A stretch of DNA of 64,000 bases, taken from contig ML978126.1 of the NCBI GenBank assembly GCA_010015805.1, positions 1-64,000 of the forward strand. The letters are read 5' to 3'. Both the position numbers and the translations under genes were made by a program. Positions 23,286 to 37,441 of this stretch are shown one piece after another (within the stretch, counting starts at the first letter, position 1; each line of letters opens with the position of its first letter). This DNA is from Rhizodiscina lignyota (taxonomy: Eukaryota). The notes beneath the pieces are model-generated. The model worked only from the letters and a program-made list of their open reading frames with translations, was not told the DNA's origin and made no database searches.

Positions 23286-26200
23286 TCACATGCCGCTGCG
23301 ATGCGGACTTCCACGACTTGCGTCTCGGTCGCCCTGTCTCAAGCTCTGGTAGCTCGGTTTGCGCTGCTGGCTCAGCATCTCTGCGATGCTGCCTCCGCCC
23401 ATTGCGCCTTGCATGCCGTATCCTAGCATCTGCATGTTGCTCTCGCGCCTGCTCTTCTTCACATCTCTCGGCGCCTGTCCCGGTGGGGGAGGTGGTTGAC
23501 TCGTCGGGGGCGCCAACGCGCCATTCAAGCTGTTATATGAATCCTGTTGCTGTTGTGCCATCTGCTGCTGCTGCATCGCCATTTGCTGCTGATAGTAGTC
23601 CGCCTGCTGCTGCTGTTGCTGTCCATATGGAACTCCATTCATGCCAGCACTGGGATGTCTCGCCGGAGGACCCTGCTGCATCGGGGCGAAGCCGCCCACG
23701 TTCTGGAAGCTCGTCTGATTGTAGGCCGGCGTCGCAAGGTCGGAGAACATCTGATGTCTCGGGCTTCGGATGCCATCCCACTCGCTCGCAGGAGCCTGCG
23801 GCCTGGCTGCTTCCACCAGCTGCTCACGAACGGGGCTTGCTTGGTCCTCCTGCACCTCATCGCCGTAAATGTCATTGTAGTCGGTCAGGAAGAAGCTGAT
23901 GAGAGGGGTGGGGATGTTGAGGGTCGGTGCGAAGACGATGCTAACGTTGCGGACGTTCATTTTGTTCGTGGCGGACGCGTCGACGATTTCGATGAGGAAG
24001 GAGCAGAGCGCTTGGAGAAGTGCGAGGTTGGGCGCTGGGAGCCGGTGGACGAGGAGGTTGAAGGCGGTGATTTTGGCTTGCCTCTCTTCGAGATCTGCTA
24101 ACCTGTTATTATCGTAAAACTTGTAGATATCAGTGGAGAGAAAAGCAGAAACATACCAAGCGCCTTCAAGAAATCCAGATGCAGCTCCCTCGTCAGTATG
24201 CCCGTTGGCAGCTCTCGCAGATACAGCTTCAGCAAGCTGCCCACAGCGTGTACATCATAGTACTCTCCTTCGAGCAACTTGACATCGCCTTCAGTGTTAA
24301 ACCGGTCTCGCAAACCCTTGATTGTAAGATTGCTTCCACTGAGTCTGAATATACCCTCTTCATGGATTGCTCCTTGCGCCCTCAGATACTCGATACAACG
24401 GTACACGACCGAAGGAAGCGGGTAGTCGATTCCAGCGGGCTGGGTGTACTCGACAGCGTCTGCAAGAGGAACACCGAAGACAGGGTGGCCTGTAGCAAGC
24501 TGTACAGGTTGACTATTCGCCGAAGCACCCGGCTTGTCAAGGTCCGAGGAGGAGCGGCCTCTGAAGCCGGCGAAGATGCTACGTTTCTTGTCCTTGATAG
24601 CCGGAGTCGCAGGAGGCTTGTTGCCCCACATGCTGGCATCTTCGATTTTGACGCCACCTGTGGGACCAGAGATCATGTCTCCATGGATGATAGGATAGGT
24701 TGCGCCGTGCACCTTCTTTCCTGATTGATTCTGCAGTTGGTCGTACGGCTGAGTGAAGCCTGCGTTCAGTGGTGGAGATGGCATTCCTGAGCGGCTCGGG
24801 CCTCTGACAGGCGCTTGCTGTGCGATCATTTCATCGTAGCCCATGCTCTGGAAGACTTCTGTCTTCTCAGTGTCAGGCGTGGAGTGCTTGCTGGAGTCCT
24901 TGCCTCTGGAGCGTGGAGGATTGCTGGAGCTGCCATCGCGCATGTGGAGCATTGTCCTTGCGTCGGGTCGCTGGTTCTCCATTGCGGCTCTGCCCGTCGT
25001 ATGACCTTGGTGGGCCAATGCTTGCGGGGGCGCAGGCGCGCTGGAGATGTCACTTCCCTCTCTCGGCTCGACATACTGCAAGAGCGCATCGACCCACGCG
25101 TCTCTTTCCACGTCGCTCTCGGCGCACAGCACGTGGCGCACTAGGCTCTTCTCGTCCTTCCGCTTCGGCTCAAGCACGAGGAAAGCGTGGCGATACTCGT
25201 TGTCTTCGCCTGCACTGTCGCCAGCGCTTGGACTGCGGTTGTGAAGAACACCACCATTGTTCTGCTGCTTGCCAATTTGCGCATTGGCGAGCTTGATACG
25301 GCCGATTTCTTGTCCGTCAGGCGCATCATAATACGTCAACGAGGTGCCCTCGAGCACAAAGTAGCGTGCCTTCCACCCACCGAAGTTCTTCCCACGCTTG
25401 GTGAGGTAGCCCTCCTTGCGCACGCGAGACCTCAGGCCACTTGATGCAGCGGGTTGGGTAGGTGCAACCGGCTGAAACTGTGGCGCTTGCGGCTGCGCTT
25501 GAGGAGGCACCTGAAGCGTGCTAGAGCCTGCTTGCGCGCTCTCTTGCTCAGGCTCAATGACGTTGTCGCTGAAGAACCTGCACACCTCTACTGCCATGTG
25601 CTCGTTCATCTCTGTGTCAAGCAGCTCGCTGAAATATCCATTCAGAGCTTCTCTTCTCGCATCTATCTTGGCTGGGGCATGTCCGTTGAACAATTCTCTG
25701 TCGGGCAGCTCGGCGGTAAACACTGCCTTCACGTTGTTCAGGAGCATCTGGTGCAGCCTCGCCAATGCAGATACAGTCTTCTCGACACGCCACAACTGCA
25801 CACCGTTTGAACGAGCATAGATGCCCAGTTGGAAAACTGGATCCTCGTCCGGCATAGCGAAGAGCATCGAGTGACGACTTGGTCTCATTCTGCTGGAGAA
25901 CACCGCAACATCAATGCCAGGCAGCGCGTTTGGAGGTAGTAGCAGCCCTGGGTACCGATCATCTACTAGGCCTCTGTACACTGCTGACGGCACCTCATCA
26001 CTCTCCATGCCCTGTTGCGGCTCAGGCTGACTGGCATGGGCCGGTGGAGCCATGCGCTCGACAAGACCCGAATCCTGCGTGTGCGCATGGACCTCTGCTC
26101 TTTGCAGGTGCACATTTCCCTGGCCCAGTGGACTGGTTGGTGGCAGTGGAATCGCCTGCCTTGGCGCTCTCGGACTCAATGGCATCGCCGCGGCGGCCAT

Positions 26201-28624
26201 ACCTGTTCCCACTCCGCTAGGTCGTGGACTCAATGGCGGGGTATTTCCAAATGTCTGCTTGCTGGCACGAGGCGACATTGGTAGTCCCATCGGGGCTTGT
26301 TGATTAGACATTGGTCTTGGTGAAGAAGGCAGGCCTGGCGACATGAGTGGCGGAGTATTGTGGAAGCTACCCACAGAACCACGTCCGCGACCGGAGCCAG
26401 AAGAGTCGGAATTAGCAGGACTGAGTAGTGCGTTGATGCTGCCTGCGGCTTGTGGAGGAGGAAGGCGAGGGCTCGCAGGCAAACCTGCAAATCCCAGTCC
26501 TGAAGAGGCAGCATGGCTTGTGTTACTGCCCTGCGAGCCTGCAGTCGATGGCGAAGTGATGGTAGGCATGCTGGGCTGCGACTGTGGACTTGTTTGTTGC
26601 GAGCTCGACATGCTGGAAGTGCCGTCTTTCTTGGACTTGCTCTTGCTCTTACTCTTGCTCTTCTTTTTCTTGCTTTGGCTGCGCTCCTCGTCACTCTTGA
26701 TGGCAAATTGCGCCTCTCTCAGAGCATCGTCCTCCTCGCGCGTCTTCCTTCTTCCACGCTCGTGCATGACTGGAGGAAGGGGTGCTTGGTTGTCGTCAAG
26801 AGTGTCGTCGTAGTCAGAGTCCGAGTGCTCGCCAGGCTGTTGTTGGTACAAGTGTGCAGATGGCGTTGCGGGCTTGGCGAGATTTAGCGGCGTGGGTGGG
26901 GCCTTGCGCGTGGAGGTTGGAGAAGGTGCGGCCGGGGAAACCGGGGGTGGCGCGTGTGAAGATGGCGTTTGAGGTTGCGCCTGCGGTTGTGCAGACGAGG
27001 CAGGCGCGGGAGACGGTGCGGCAAACGTACCAGCGCCAATGACTGGAGTGGCCTGCGTCAATGAGACGGTCGGCGCATTCGAGTCTCCATGTGGTTTGAT
27101 AGATAAGGGAGCAGGATGTAGATCTGGTGTGAGCGGCATTTGTGAGGTGTTAGTGTTGGTGGTGGGTGGCACGGGCACATTTTGTGTTCCCACGTGCGCT
27201 TGATCTTCTGCAGGCGGCTGCACCGTTGGTGCTTGCGGCTGACTTCTTTGTTCCATATTAGAATTAGTTCGCTGTCTTGTGCTACTGCTTATTGACGTTG
27301 CGTTTGTAGTGCCAAGTTCTTTTGGGGATGGGTTTGACGATCCCTGAGATGCGGTCTGAGACTTGTTCTCAACTGGCGATTCAGACACACTATGCAGGTC
27401 CGAATCGGCTCTCTGCAGAGGCTTCAGAGACGCCTCCGATATGAGCGACTCTCGCCCCACGGTATCTGCGTCACTTGGCGCCGGAGACTGACTGTGTGAT
27501 CGGTCCAGCGCCGAATCGATCCGCTGAACGCCGTTTGGCAGCGGCGGCTGCTGTGCCAAATGTTCTTTCAGCTTCTTCCTGTACCGCTCTTTATCTTTTG
27601 CTACGCGTTCCAGGTCTTTGTTCAGTCCTAGGATCATGGCCCGCTGTTTCTCCACCAGCCGCCACAACTGAGCATTGTGTGTAGTCGTGCTCTGCCTCTC
27701 CTTCCACAGTGACTGCAACGCAGCTTCTATGGAGCCAGCAGACGAGATGTAGGACGCTAAATCTTCTGCCGGCTGCTGTTGGGTCTGTCGAGAGGAAGCC
27801 GGAACTTCTTGAGAAGGTCGATGGGAGTTCGAGGGGGTGGAGCGGGAGGATTGTTGCTCGGAGGAGGATATGGAGGAGACGGCAGAGTCGATTGATGGAT
27901 TACGAGGTGCGGTTGGTCTAGGTTCTTGCCGCGATGGCTTGGTGGGTGGTGCCATCATGGCCATGGCTGTAGGTGTTGCGGGGGGTGAAAGGTCGGAGGA
28001 GGAACTTAGGATAGGTGCGGACGTCTTGCGAGTATCGTGTCCATACGAACGCACAGCTGTGGTTGGCGTAGCTACAGACTCACTCGTGCTCCTTCCCCGT
28101 ATGTCTCCAGAATCGATTCTGGAGGTATAGGAGGCCGTCTCGGCGGCCGGGAGACCATACGAGCGATCGAGTTGCGGGGATCGAGGGGATTCGAGTGCGG
28201 GCGAGTAGAGAGGTGACACTGGCGAACGCGGCGAAGATACAGTGCTCGAGAAGTAGTCGTGTGACAGTCCAGGACTGGAGAAGTACTGCGTAGACGAGGA
28301 GTGCTGCAGCGGACTTGGAGCTGGCTTGCGGCGGCTAGAAACTCCAGCAAGAGCTCCAGCTCCAGCTCCAGCACGAAGGTTCTCCGTCGAAGCAGTGCGT
28401 TGGTTGTTCTCCCTCAGAGCGCGCAGGCTGTCTGCCAATGTAGACTGCGCTTGCAATTGCTGAGCATGCGACCTCGACGTGGCGAGAGTGCTTGGGACAG
28501 TTGAGTACGGATCGAGCCCGGCGGCATTGAAGGCCCCCACAGTGGGACTTGATAGAGGACTCTGTGTGGTCGGCGTGCGGCTCGACGATGAGGCCTGCTC
28601 TTTGCCTCTATTCTGCTTTGACAT
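23286..28624 (-). CDS. BEM3: PX-PH-RhoGAP protein (Bem3-like)
   Basis: PX-like LPDRELFNGHAPAKIDARREAL; PH KEGYLTKRGKNFGGWKARYFVL; RhoGAP EEGIFRLSGS...VGSLLKLYLRELP...NKMNVRNVSIVFAPTL; one intron near 24100-24157. Confidence 0.9.
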
Positions 28625-31600
28625 GGGAGGGCCAGGACCAGTGTGTGTTGCGCGAGATGTTTGAGAGATGCCAAATAAAGACCGAAGGTTCTCACGACGA
28701 AAACGGTCGCACCGCGCTCCACTGGGCGCCCACGTTGGCTAGAGGTTGTGTGCGAAACACTTCCTGTTACGCAGTTAGAGCAGCGGCTTAGGCGCTCGGA
28801 AAGTCGAGCAGTAGCCAGGGCAGCTCGTTCACTTTGGCGCCGGAGCAGCGTGGTCAGCACCGGCGATTACCACATTACAGAGGGCCACTGGATCGAGCTG
28901 AGTCGCTGGGACGGCGCAGTGAAGGGCTGAATGTGTCGCTGGGCCTCTCTCTCCTGTCTGTGTGGATGGGTTGCAGTGTTGCACCTTTGATACCGACAGG
29001 GGCCTAAGGAGCCCTTAGGCGGCCTGGCGGGGGTAAGAGTCGCGGACCACTACGAGTCCCGTCCGGAACATGAGATTGAGAGCACGGCTAGCCACGATAT
29101 TCAACCATCATTTCAGCATCCCCGAATCCGAGCTGTCTTCTGATCATGGCACTTGCAATGTGTCCCCTCGAGATGAGCGTATCTAGCATTTGCCATTGCT
29201 GCGGATCAAGTTCAGAGCAGGAGTTACATCAGCATCGCATCTGAGACACTGTCCACTCGAAGAGCTCCAGGGGCTCATTCGTCGATTTAATTGGTTCGTC
29301 TCCATCTGACGATAATATGCGAGTCTTCTGACTGCGCTCGAGACCGCTGGTGATGCGTCCAAGAGGTGAGAGGCTAGGAGCTCCGAGCTTCCAGCCCTTG
29401 TCTGCGATCGTTGGACCATTGGCTGTCGAATCAGGCGACTGTCCCCACATCAAAAAGCCGATCAAACTCTATGTCCTCTGTCCTGATCGACTGCACATCC
29501 GCGCGAAGAGAGATGAGCAGATTTTCCAGGTCCCACAGCGGCCACGGAAGTCTTTAGCTATAGACCAATCGCCCACCTTTTTCCCTCTCCATTCCCTCCC
29601 GTTACGGAGCGCGAGAGAGCAGCCGCTTGAAGTGACCGTTGTCCAGCAAGCACTTAGACTTCTCCTTGATATCAACGCTATTTCGGGTAAGGTTCGCGCC
29701 GTAGCGATAGGTACGTAGTGCCTGCATTTGCGGAGAGGAAAAGATTGGCTGCATTGGTGTGCAACTGTGCCAGCACCGGCAGCCTGCATTGGTCGGCCTC
29801 GCATTGGTCGAGACTCGACTAAGGAGACCACCCACCCAGCACGGCGGATGCGAGCTCCTGTCCCTTCATGATTCATCAAACACCAAGATTCAGCGGTACG
29901 GAGCAGTAATTCAGCTAGAGATGCAAGAAGCCGAGGAAGGAAGTTGAAAATTCCCAGAAATCAAATGAGTGCATTGACAATACAAAAAAAGCTTGCAATA
30001 TGCGCGGCAATAAGGCCACTAGGCTGCGTCTTCTGACCATCGAACGGATTTCCATGTGCCCCGGCAAGCCGGTACCCCAGAAGCGGAAGCTTAATTAGCA
30101 TATTCTTGTACTCACAAATGCCTCAAACATTGTTGAGGGACCGACGTAGAAAAACGTATGTTTAGATTGGAGGTTGGCTAATTTTGATTTTAAAGCAAAT
30201 GATCATGTTTTGATGTCGATCGTCTCGAAATAATGTGGAGTCAGTCCCCGAGAGTGGTGTCTGGCGTCGATAACTATCGCCTTCATCCGGGGTCGGAGAA
30301 TCCTTCAACCTTCTTCCATGACCTCCTAAGGATCCCATTTTTGCAGGGAGCTCTCCTAATCTTCACTTTTGTTACCTGACAAATCAGTCGAGAATATCAT
30401 CAAGATGCACCGTGTGCAACCTGAACCAGAGACGAGTTAATTCCTCGACCACGGGACTTACAAATCGCATATTCAGCAAGAGGGTGCCGCGTCGTAGCAT
30501 GAACGTGGCAGTCGACTAAGCCGAATGACGGGAATAAATCGTGTGCTAGCAAAGAACATAGCAGTCAACTTAGCTCGAATATACAGATGAATTTTGGCAT
30601 CTTGGTGGCATGGCAGTCGACAGAGCGGAATGACGAGGAGGCATCCCCTGCTGGTCATGGATATGGCAATGAACCAAGCAGCGACCGAATGTCGAGTTGT
30701 CGCCTGCTGGCTATGGACATGGTAGTGAACCGGGCAGCGACATAAAGGTTAGTTAACCTACTGATGATGAATATAACAGTCTAGCGGACATATCTGGCAA
30801 TATTGCGGCGAGCAAGCATAAGCTGGTGCTGTATCCTGACAAGAGCATGGGAGCTCACGACTTAACAGTTGGCGTTGCATCGCGGAGCAACTAGCCAAGC
30901 AGTGATGCTAGCAACACGTAGGCCCTAGAAGGAAGGCGGCGTTGGAGACCATGTTCCTGGACTGAATATATTTCACGGAGCCAGTATTGTCGCCATTGTC
31001 CCCAGGTATGTGGCCGTCAAAGTGACCGTGATGCAGCGGCGGTTTGAAAGGCCAACTGAAAGGGCATGGCGTGGACTCGATGCGTCCATTGCTTCGGCAA
31101 TGTCGTATACATGCTGTTCACTCTTCACCTCTCGTTTCTCTTCCTCTTCCGCAATAAGAAAGACCCAACAATGATATGAGGACATACGCAGTTGTAACTG
31201 GCTTTGGCCTTGATTTGCGTTTGCATTTTGGTTTGTGTTGGAGCCATGTTTATGGCTGCTAGAAGGAATAAAATCAGCTACGATCATCATTCCGTCAATC
31301 TAGAGCATGTAAGGACTCGTTGTGTTGCTTTGAACTTCCGTTCTTTTTAATATTTTATCTTGTTAGAGACTCTTTCGAGTTTACTCCGTTAGCTTGTATT
31401 TCTCGTACTAGTGTATTGGTGGATGAGAGCGAAACTTACCAAAAGCAAACGCGTGTTGTGGAGAAGAAAAAGGAGGGTGGGTGAGAGAGTTTTGATGGCA
31501 TGGTCACTCGAGCTACATGTCACGTGCCAAGGAGTGCCAAGCCGCACAAAGGCTCTAAGGAGAACAACAACACCTTCACACTCACACCACATCACAACAA

Positions 31601-31663
31601 TTTCATCGATACAACTACGTGTCGATCTATCTACCCGACTTCTACATCTAATTCCTGGAAGAT

Positions 31664-33480
31664 TTGTATCAGGCCCACCTATGCCATAGATGCCTTGGAG
31701 TCCGCAATGGTCCTCAAGACTCCTGGGTCAATTGCAGGAATAAATGCTGGCATTGCGGGAAATCTGTTCATGTCGGGATTCCATGCAACAGGAATAAGTC
31801 TTTTTTTAGATTCTCGCCCAACCAAAGGAAACCTCGCGCAAATGCTCCGCAACACGAGCCGTGGTAATTCATGGAACCTCCCAGAGGCCAGATGGGCTTG
31901 AATTATGTGAAGGGTGTCCTGGAGAAAAGAAGGAATACCGCGCCATCGGAGCCAGAAAGCGCAGAAATGCAGGGGCTGGACAGTCTGGAGGGCCGCAAGG
32001 AAAAGAAACGACTCGTGTATTATATGGATCAGCTGAAATCGCGTATGGAAAGGGGCAAATCTCGCGGGACGAATTAGTTAGCGGTATAGGCCTGCAGCTC
32101 CCACTACAAGAGATTACCCGATCGCAAGAGAAGACCCAGAAGCCAGAGCCATCACCGATGCCCCAACCGATCGTCACGTCAGGCGATGCTGCCGACGCTC
32201 AATTGATATCGTCACTCCGAGACTCAGGTCTAGCGGAGGAGAAGATTCAGGCAATACTCCAAAATGGAAAAAAAGTTGTGCAGGAACGTCGAGTTGCCGA
32301 GGAACGTCGAATTGCAGAGGAAAAAGCCAAACAATTGTTTCGAGTGCGGCTGCAAGCTGCGGGTCTGCCCGGCACGGACGAGATTGTCGACTGAGTGTTT
32401 TCTAAGGCCAGAGCAACGCCATAAGAAAAAAAAGACAAGAAGGAGGAAGGTTAAGGGTAAGGGGAAGGTTAGTCGAAAGTGCAGCAATATCTGCACAATG
32501 CCAGGCAATCCTACAATCCCAAAAAGCTGCCAAGTGGCCGGCCCCCACCACCACCAAGTCCTAGCAATGGCGGTGCCTGTGACAACAGTAGCTCTGGATC
32601 AACGGGCATGACGAGTGCGCAAAATGTGGTGGCAAGACACGTCAACAGTGCAGCCAACTCTGCCGATCCTCGAACTTATAACAGTTCAACCCGCAACATT
32701 TCCATCGTTCCGAGTAGCAAGGACTGGACAGACTTGTGGGAACGAGGATCTTCCTTCTGCGATCAATGAACACGGCGACCTTGACCACCCTATTGGCGGT
32801 GCAGATGAGGTGCACCGGAAAGTGCCGCGGGCTGTCATCGACACGGTAAGTACTGAGGCGTCTGACTCGCGCGCTGTTCATTTTCAACACAATCAAGATG
32901 AATCGAAACCCAGCGATCCTCTGTTTATAAGACAAGATGAAACGCAAGATAGATTCACACCCATACTTCCCAGCGATCTTGGTCACTCTATGAGTGAGGC
33001 AGATGAAACGCATCCGAAAGTACCCCAGGCGTATATTTCCAGCGATCGCGTCTCCTCGTCGTCATCGTCGAGGGAGGCAGATGAAGCGCGTGGGAGAGCG
33101 AAAATTCGCGAGAAATGCCCAGCTCGAACAGCTGCGTCGCATGCCGAAGATCCGGCTACGCAGAGTAATGAGCTGATACGACATGACGCGAAAGGTGCCG
33201 GCGCCGCCCAGCATGGTCACCCGGCAGCTATGATGCCCCAAATGTTTGATTTCATCAACCAATTTGCCAGCAACGCGCTCGCTACGCAGACTCAGGCTAT
33301 GCAGCAAATGCAGCAAATGCAACAAGGGCAGACTCAGGCTCTGAAGCAATGACAGACACGCATCGAACTGTCCAAGCAGAGAGTTAATTCTCTCTGCACT
33401 TAAGAAGGAGCTAATTCTAGCGAGCGAACAAGGCCTACACCGGCGCCTCTTCTCCGTAATAACGAGAAGCAAATCTTTTG
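31664..33480 (+). pseudogene. Disrupted gene with a CCHC zinc knuckle and RIP-like nonsense mutations
   Basis: CWHCGKSVHVGIPC is CX2CX4HX4C. ORFs 31664/31871 share one frame and 31861/32479 share another, with in-frame stops at 31865, 32392, 32422, 32452, 32458 and 32470, each explicable by C-to-T. Confidence 0.6.
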
Positions 33481-33932
33481 AGGTAGACTAGGTAAGCTAC
33501 TCCCCACAGCTTTGATAGGACAGCTCCGTAGACCGTTTGCTCACTGGAAATTAGCTCCTTCAAATCTCTCGTTGATACATCATCGACATATTCAATAACG
33601 GGGAAATACAGTTCGGGTTCGGCTGTGTTCACCTTTTGGCCTTGCAGCATCACTGGCTAGTTAGTGCTCAGGGAGTTTTGACGTTTCATTGTTTCTTTTG
33701 CCTTGCGCAGGGGGGCGACGAAGCGCTTCAATACTAGAAACAAAGGTAGCAGTACAGACCTTGAATCTGAGGTCGTGTTCATTAAATGAATATAATACGA
33801 TTCTTTCCACTGACGAATTTCAAGGATCCAGAGCCAAAGCCCAGGTGAACTGCCAATTCGCACTGTTCAGAAAGGTTCTGTTGATTCAAGCACTTGTATC
33901 AAGATCTTATGGACTCAGAAATTTAGAAGCCA

Positions 33933-34873
33933 TTATTCAAACCCCGGTGCGACTCCATCTCCCTCGCCGTTTGCCGACAGCCACCTCTTGTTTCCTAGGT
34001 GCGACAAAAACTGTCCAGTCTGTTCCAGGGTGAAATTGTCAATGACCTTCAACTGCGCCTTCACGCTCTGTTCGGTCGTGATGGGGCCCTTGAAATTCGG
34101 CTCGTAGCCTTTAAAGGCCTGGGTCATCCACTTATATGCCTCGTCGGCTATTATAATGTCAGTCAAGCAGAACCTTCAGCATGAGAGGCATGGGAATACT
34201 CACATCCAGATGTCGTGACAAGTCCGGGGCTGAGCGCGAGGATTGCGATTCCGTCTGGCTTCAGATCCAGGGCCGTTTTTGCAACAACCAGATTCACGGC
34301 AGCCTTGCTCGCAGAGTATGCGACGGAAGCTGCTATGCCAGCCATAGCCATTCCATCCATGTCTGCCATGCCCGAACTAATGACCACGATCTTCTTCGCC
34401 TTGCCTGCGCGTACAAGAGGGAGGAAGGCGTTGGTAGCGAATAGCGGACCGAGCGCGTTCGTGGACATTGCTTGATTGAATTCAGTTCTCAACTGTTCTT
34501 CGTGTCCCACCAATTGGGTTGGCGAGAGCATAGTGATTTCCTCGTTATTTCCCCCATAGGCACCGTTGATGATGAGGTAGTCCACTGCACCGCCGACGAG
34601 CTTTGACACTTCCTCTGCAGCGGCATTCAGGGACTTGTAGTCGTCCATGTCACCCTGGACCATCTTGACTTTCGTCAGGCCGTCTGTTGAGAGCTGTTTA
34701 GTGACATTGGCGGGAGTTCGCGCAATGCCTACTACGGTGTTCGATGGATTCGCTGAGAGAGTTTTGAGGTACTCATACTACGTTTCTTGTTAGCGGCGAG
34801 AATACCATCGTGAAATCTAGCATTGACGTACACCGAGGCCTCGAGATGCTCCTACAATTACCCAGGTAGCCAT
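33933..34873 (-). CDS. Short-chain dehydrogenase/reductase (C-factor/CsgA-like)
   Basis: MATWVIVGASRGLG Rossmann motif, VDYLIINGA, YSASKAAVN catalytic YxxxK, LALSPGLVTT; two introns. Confidence 0.9.
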
Positions 34874-35944
34874 TGGAGTTGTTTTGTCGAGTGTGAAGAT
34901 CTAAAATGTACGTTTGGAGCGGTAGAAAGTCGTTCAGTAGAATGGAAAGCGGGATTGAGATGTAGAATTGACTGCATGCTTGAAAGTAAATGCGTTTTTA
35001 TATATGAATTCTTAATTTACAATTCGGACGAAACCTCGAAAAATACTTAATTGAACAGGAAAGAGCTGGTCGTCGAAAACGTTCATGCCGTCGGCGCTTT
35101 GTCATCCCGTGGTTTTGTCACAGAGCGAAAAGCAGCAAGATGACTTAACAAAGCACTGTAAAGCAGCAACGAAGAAAATCAGCCACGGAACTGGGACAGC
35201 CACGGCCCGGTGGAGTTTGCAAGCACCATCGTGGCACTCCCCTGACAAAATGATACCAATTGAAGTCAAGCTCATAATCTAAGCTCGCCACCTCGCGCCA
35301 CAAAAAAGGTTACCGACCGCTGCAGTAAAGGGCTTGGGGAAGGCTAGAGAAAGTAAGGCAAGCACATCGGGCGGCTAACTTGTCAAGGCAACACTTGAGA
35401 GCTTTGTCAGAATCGTCTGAAGAACATTATCCTCCGTAAAATGTTGTCCGTTCAACGAAATATTGACAATGCAAGGGAGAATCCACCACAAAGACGGGCA
35501 GGGACGGCGTTCCGCTGGTATTCCACTCTTATGGCTAATTGCACTATCGTAATCCTTCTTGCCTTCACCAGGGGCTCATCGCGTTCCTCCTCCAAGTTTC
35601 TTTTTAGAAACGAACACTCCAAAAGGGTTCAGAATCCTATTGGTTATCCTATGGACGCATGAATCTAACGATCTCAACGGCCAACCGGGAGACGGAGACG
35701 GAGTTCACTGAAAATGTGAGCCTCCAAGGAATTCCCCAAAAGAAGATATTCCCCTGGAAGAATGAGTGCGGGAGAACGCTCATTAGAGCTGTAACATTCA
35801 AAACTTGCGCCTCGGCCTCTGCACTGGAGACCGGGCTTTCAGTCAAACTTTTCAGCATAAGTACAGTGAATGCTTCATAAGATGAAGTCATATTCCTCGT
35901 CCAACTCAGACAATTTCATCAGAGGCCACCTACGATTGTCGATC

Positions 35945-37059
35945 TTACAATTTGCTGTTTGGAATTCCGGTGTTCGTCTCCGCCAGGCTGTCCGCCTTCA
36001 GTGCGGGCCTGTCAGATTTTCCAGCCGTGGTCTTCAGAAGGTTAACTACGCCCAAGTCCTGGTCAGAAGGAAGTACTTACGCCTGCATCAACGGGCAGAA
36101 TCGCTCCTGTGATCCACTTGGCCTCCTTGCTGCAGAGGAATAGTATAGCTGATACCGCTGTTAGATCGTCATCCAACACAGGCCGGTGAGGAGGTGTTAC
36201 CGTAGCCCACGTCCCAACCTTCACCTTCCCTCCCCATGAGATTCTGGCCAATACGGGCTTTACGCATTTCAGGCGTCATGCCACGCCCTCGGACCATTGG
36301 AGTAAAGACCATGCCGGGGCAAATACAGTTTACCCTAATGTTTTCCTTACCATGCTGTGCGGCCATCGCGCGGGTCATTTGAATGATCGCTCCCTTGGAT
36401 GTAGGATACAAAAGGCTAGGGTTACCACCCAGAACTGACGTTGTTAGTGAGCGAAACACATCGCTCCAAGGCTAGAAAGGCAACTTACGTCCGCTGACCG
36501 ATGAAAGATTAACAATTGCTCCTCTGCCATTCTTTCGCATCTCTGGAATTGCGTGGCGTGCCATCAGAACCATGCTGGTTACATTGATCCTCATGTCACG
36601 GTCCCACGCCTCCAGGTCAAGTTTGGTTGCATCTCCTATCACACCTCCGACTCCAACTAGACGAGTGTTAGCAGAATCTAGCTGGCGGCTATAGATCTCC
36701 TACCGATGTTGACCAGGATGTGGACAGTCCCAAAGTGCTTCACAGTCTGGGCAACAGCATTCTTAACCGACTCTTCACTCGTGACATCTGCCTGAACAAC
36801 TTCTGAAATCCCACCCTCTTCATCGATCATGCGCTTCGTCTCTCGCGCCCATTCCACGTTGTTGTCCACAAGTGCGACTTTTGCTCCTTGGCGAGCGAGA
36901 ACAATTGCAGTTGCTCTTCCATTGCCAATTTCACCTTGAACTTGATTTAGCAAATCGACATTGTAAGCCACAAGAATAATACTTACCTGCCATACGCGAT
37001 CCCGCACCACTCACAATCGCAACATCACCAGTGAAATCGAATGCCTTTGGAGGAGCCAT
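35945..37059 (-). CDS. Short-chain dehydrogenase/reductase with C-terminal PTS1 (-SKL)
   Basis: VAIVSGAGSRMAGEIGNGRATA; YPTSKGAII; IRVNCICPGMVFTP; WITGAILPVDAG, then a last exon TTAGKSDRPALKADSLAETNTGIPNSKL with stop at 35945-35947. Confidence 0.88.
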
Positions 37060-37441
37060 GTTTTTCAGTGTCACTCAACTCAACGAGAGAATATCAAGAT
37101 TCTTCAAATTCAGAACTCCTCTTTCCCATATGCTTAGCTCTACTGGTAGTCGGGGCTTTATAATCCGTACGTATAGAGTAGAAGCAGTTTCATTGCGCGG
37201 AGATTCGGCGATTTTTTGGCGGCGGCATTTTCGTCCCCGCAATTTCGCTGACGATGGATGCTCCTTTCCAAATCGTGACAAGGATGCTTACATCCCGTGC
37301 GGAGCGATGCCCGTATTAACCGACAACATTAAATTGATTCAGGCTTCATGAGTCGAATTACTTCTTATAGTAAAACCTGGAACAACTGAACATTGAACCT
37401 GGGACGAAGTGGTACGATTCTGCAATTGATACATAATCAAG

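Noticed and set aside
23540..23620. CTG/TTG triplet repeats
   Set aside because: Encode the poly-Gln tail of the RhoGAP; ordinary low complexity.
29003..29020. Short inverted repeat around gcctaagg-agc-ccttaggc upstream of BEM3
   Set aside because: An 8-bp arm is expected by chance in 64 kb, and no associated element is visible.
29100..31400. Numerous short ORFs in the long intergenic region
   Set aside because: No domain motifs or coherent splice pattern recognised.
33435..33863. Short minus-strand ORFs between the pseudogene and the SDR
   Set aside because: Fragmentary with no recognisable family; possibly an eroded gene but unsupported.
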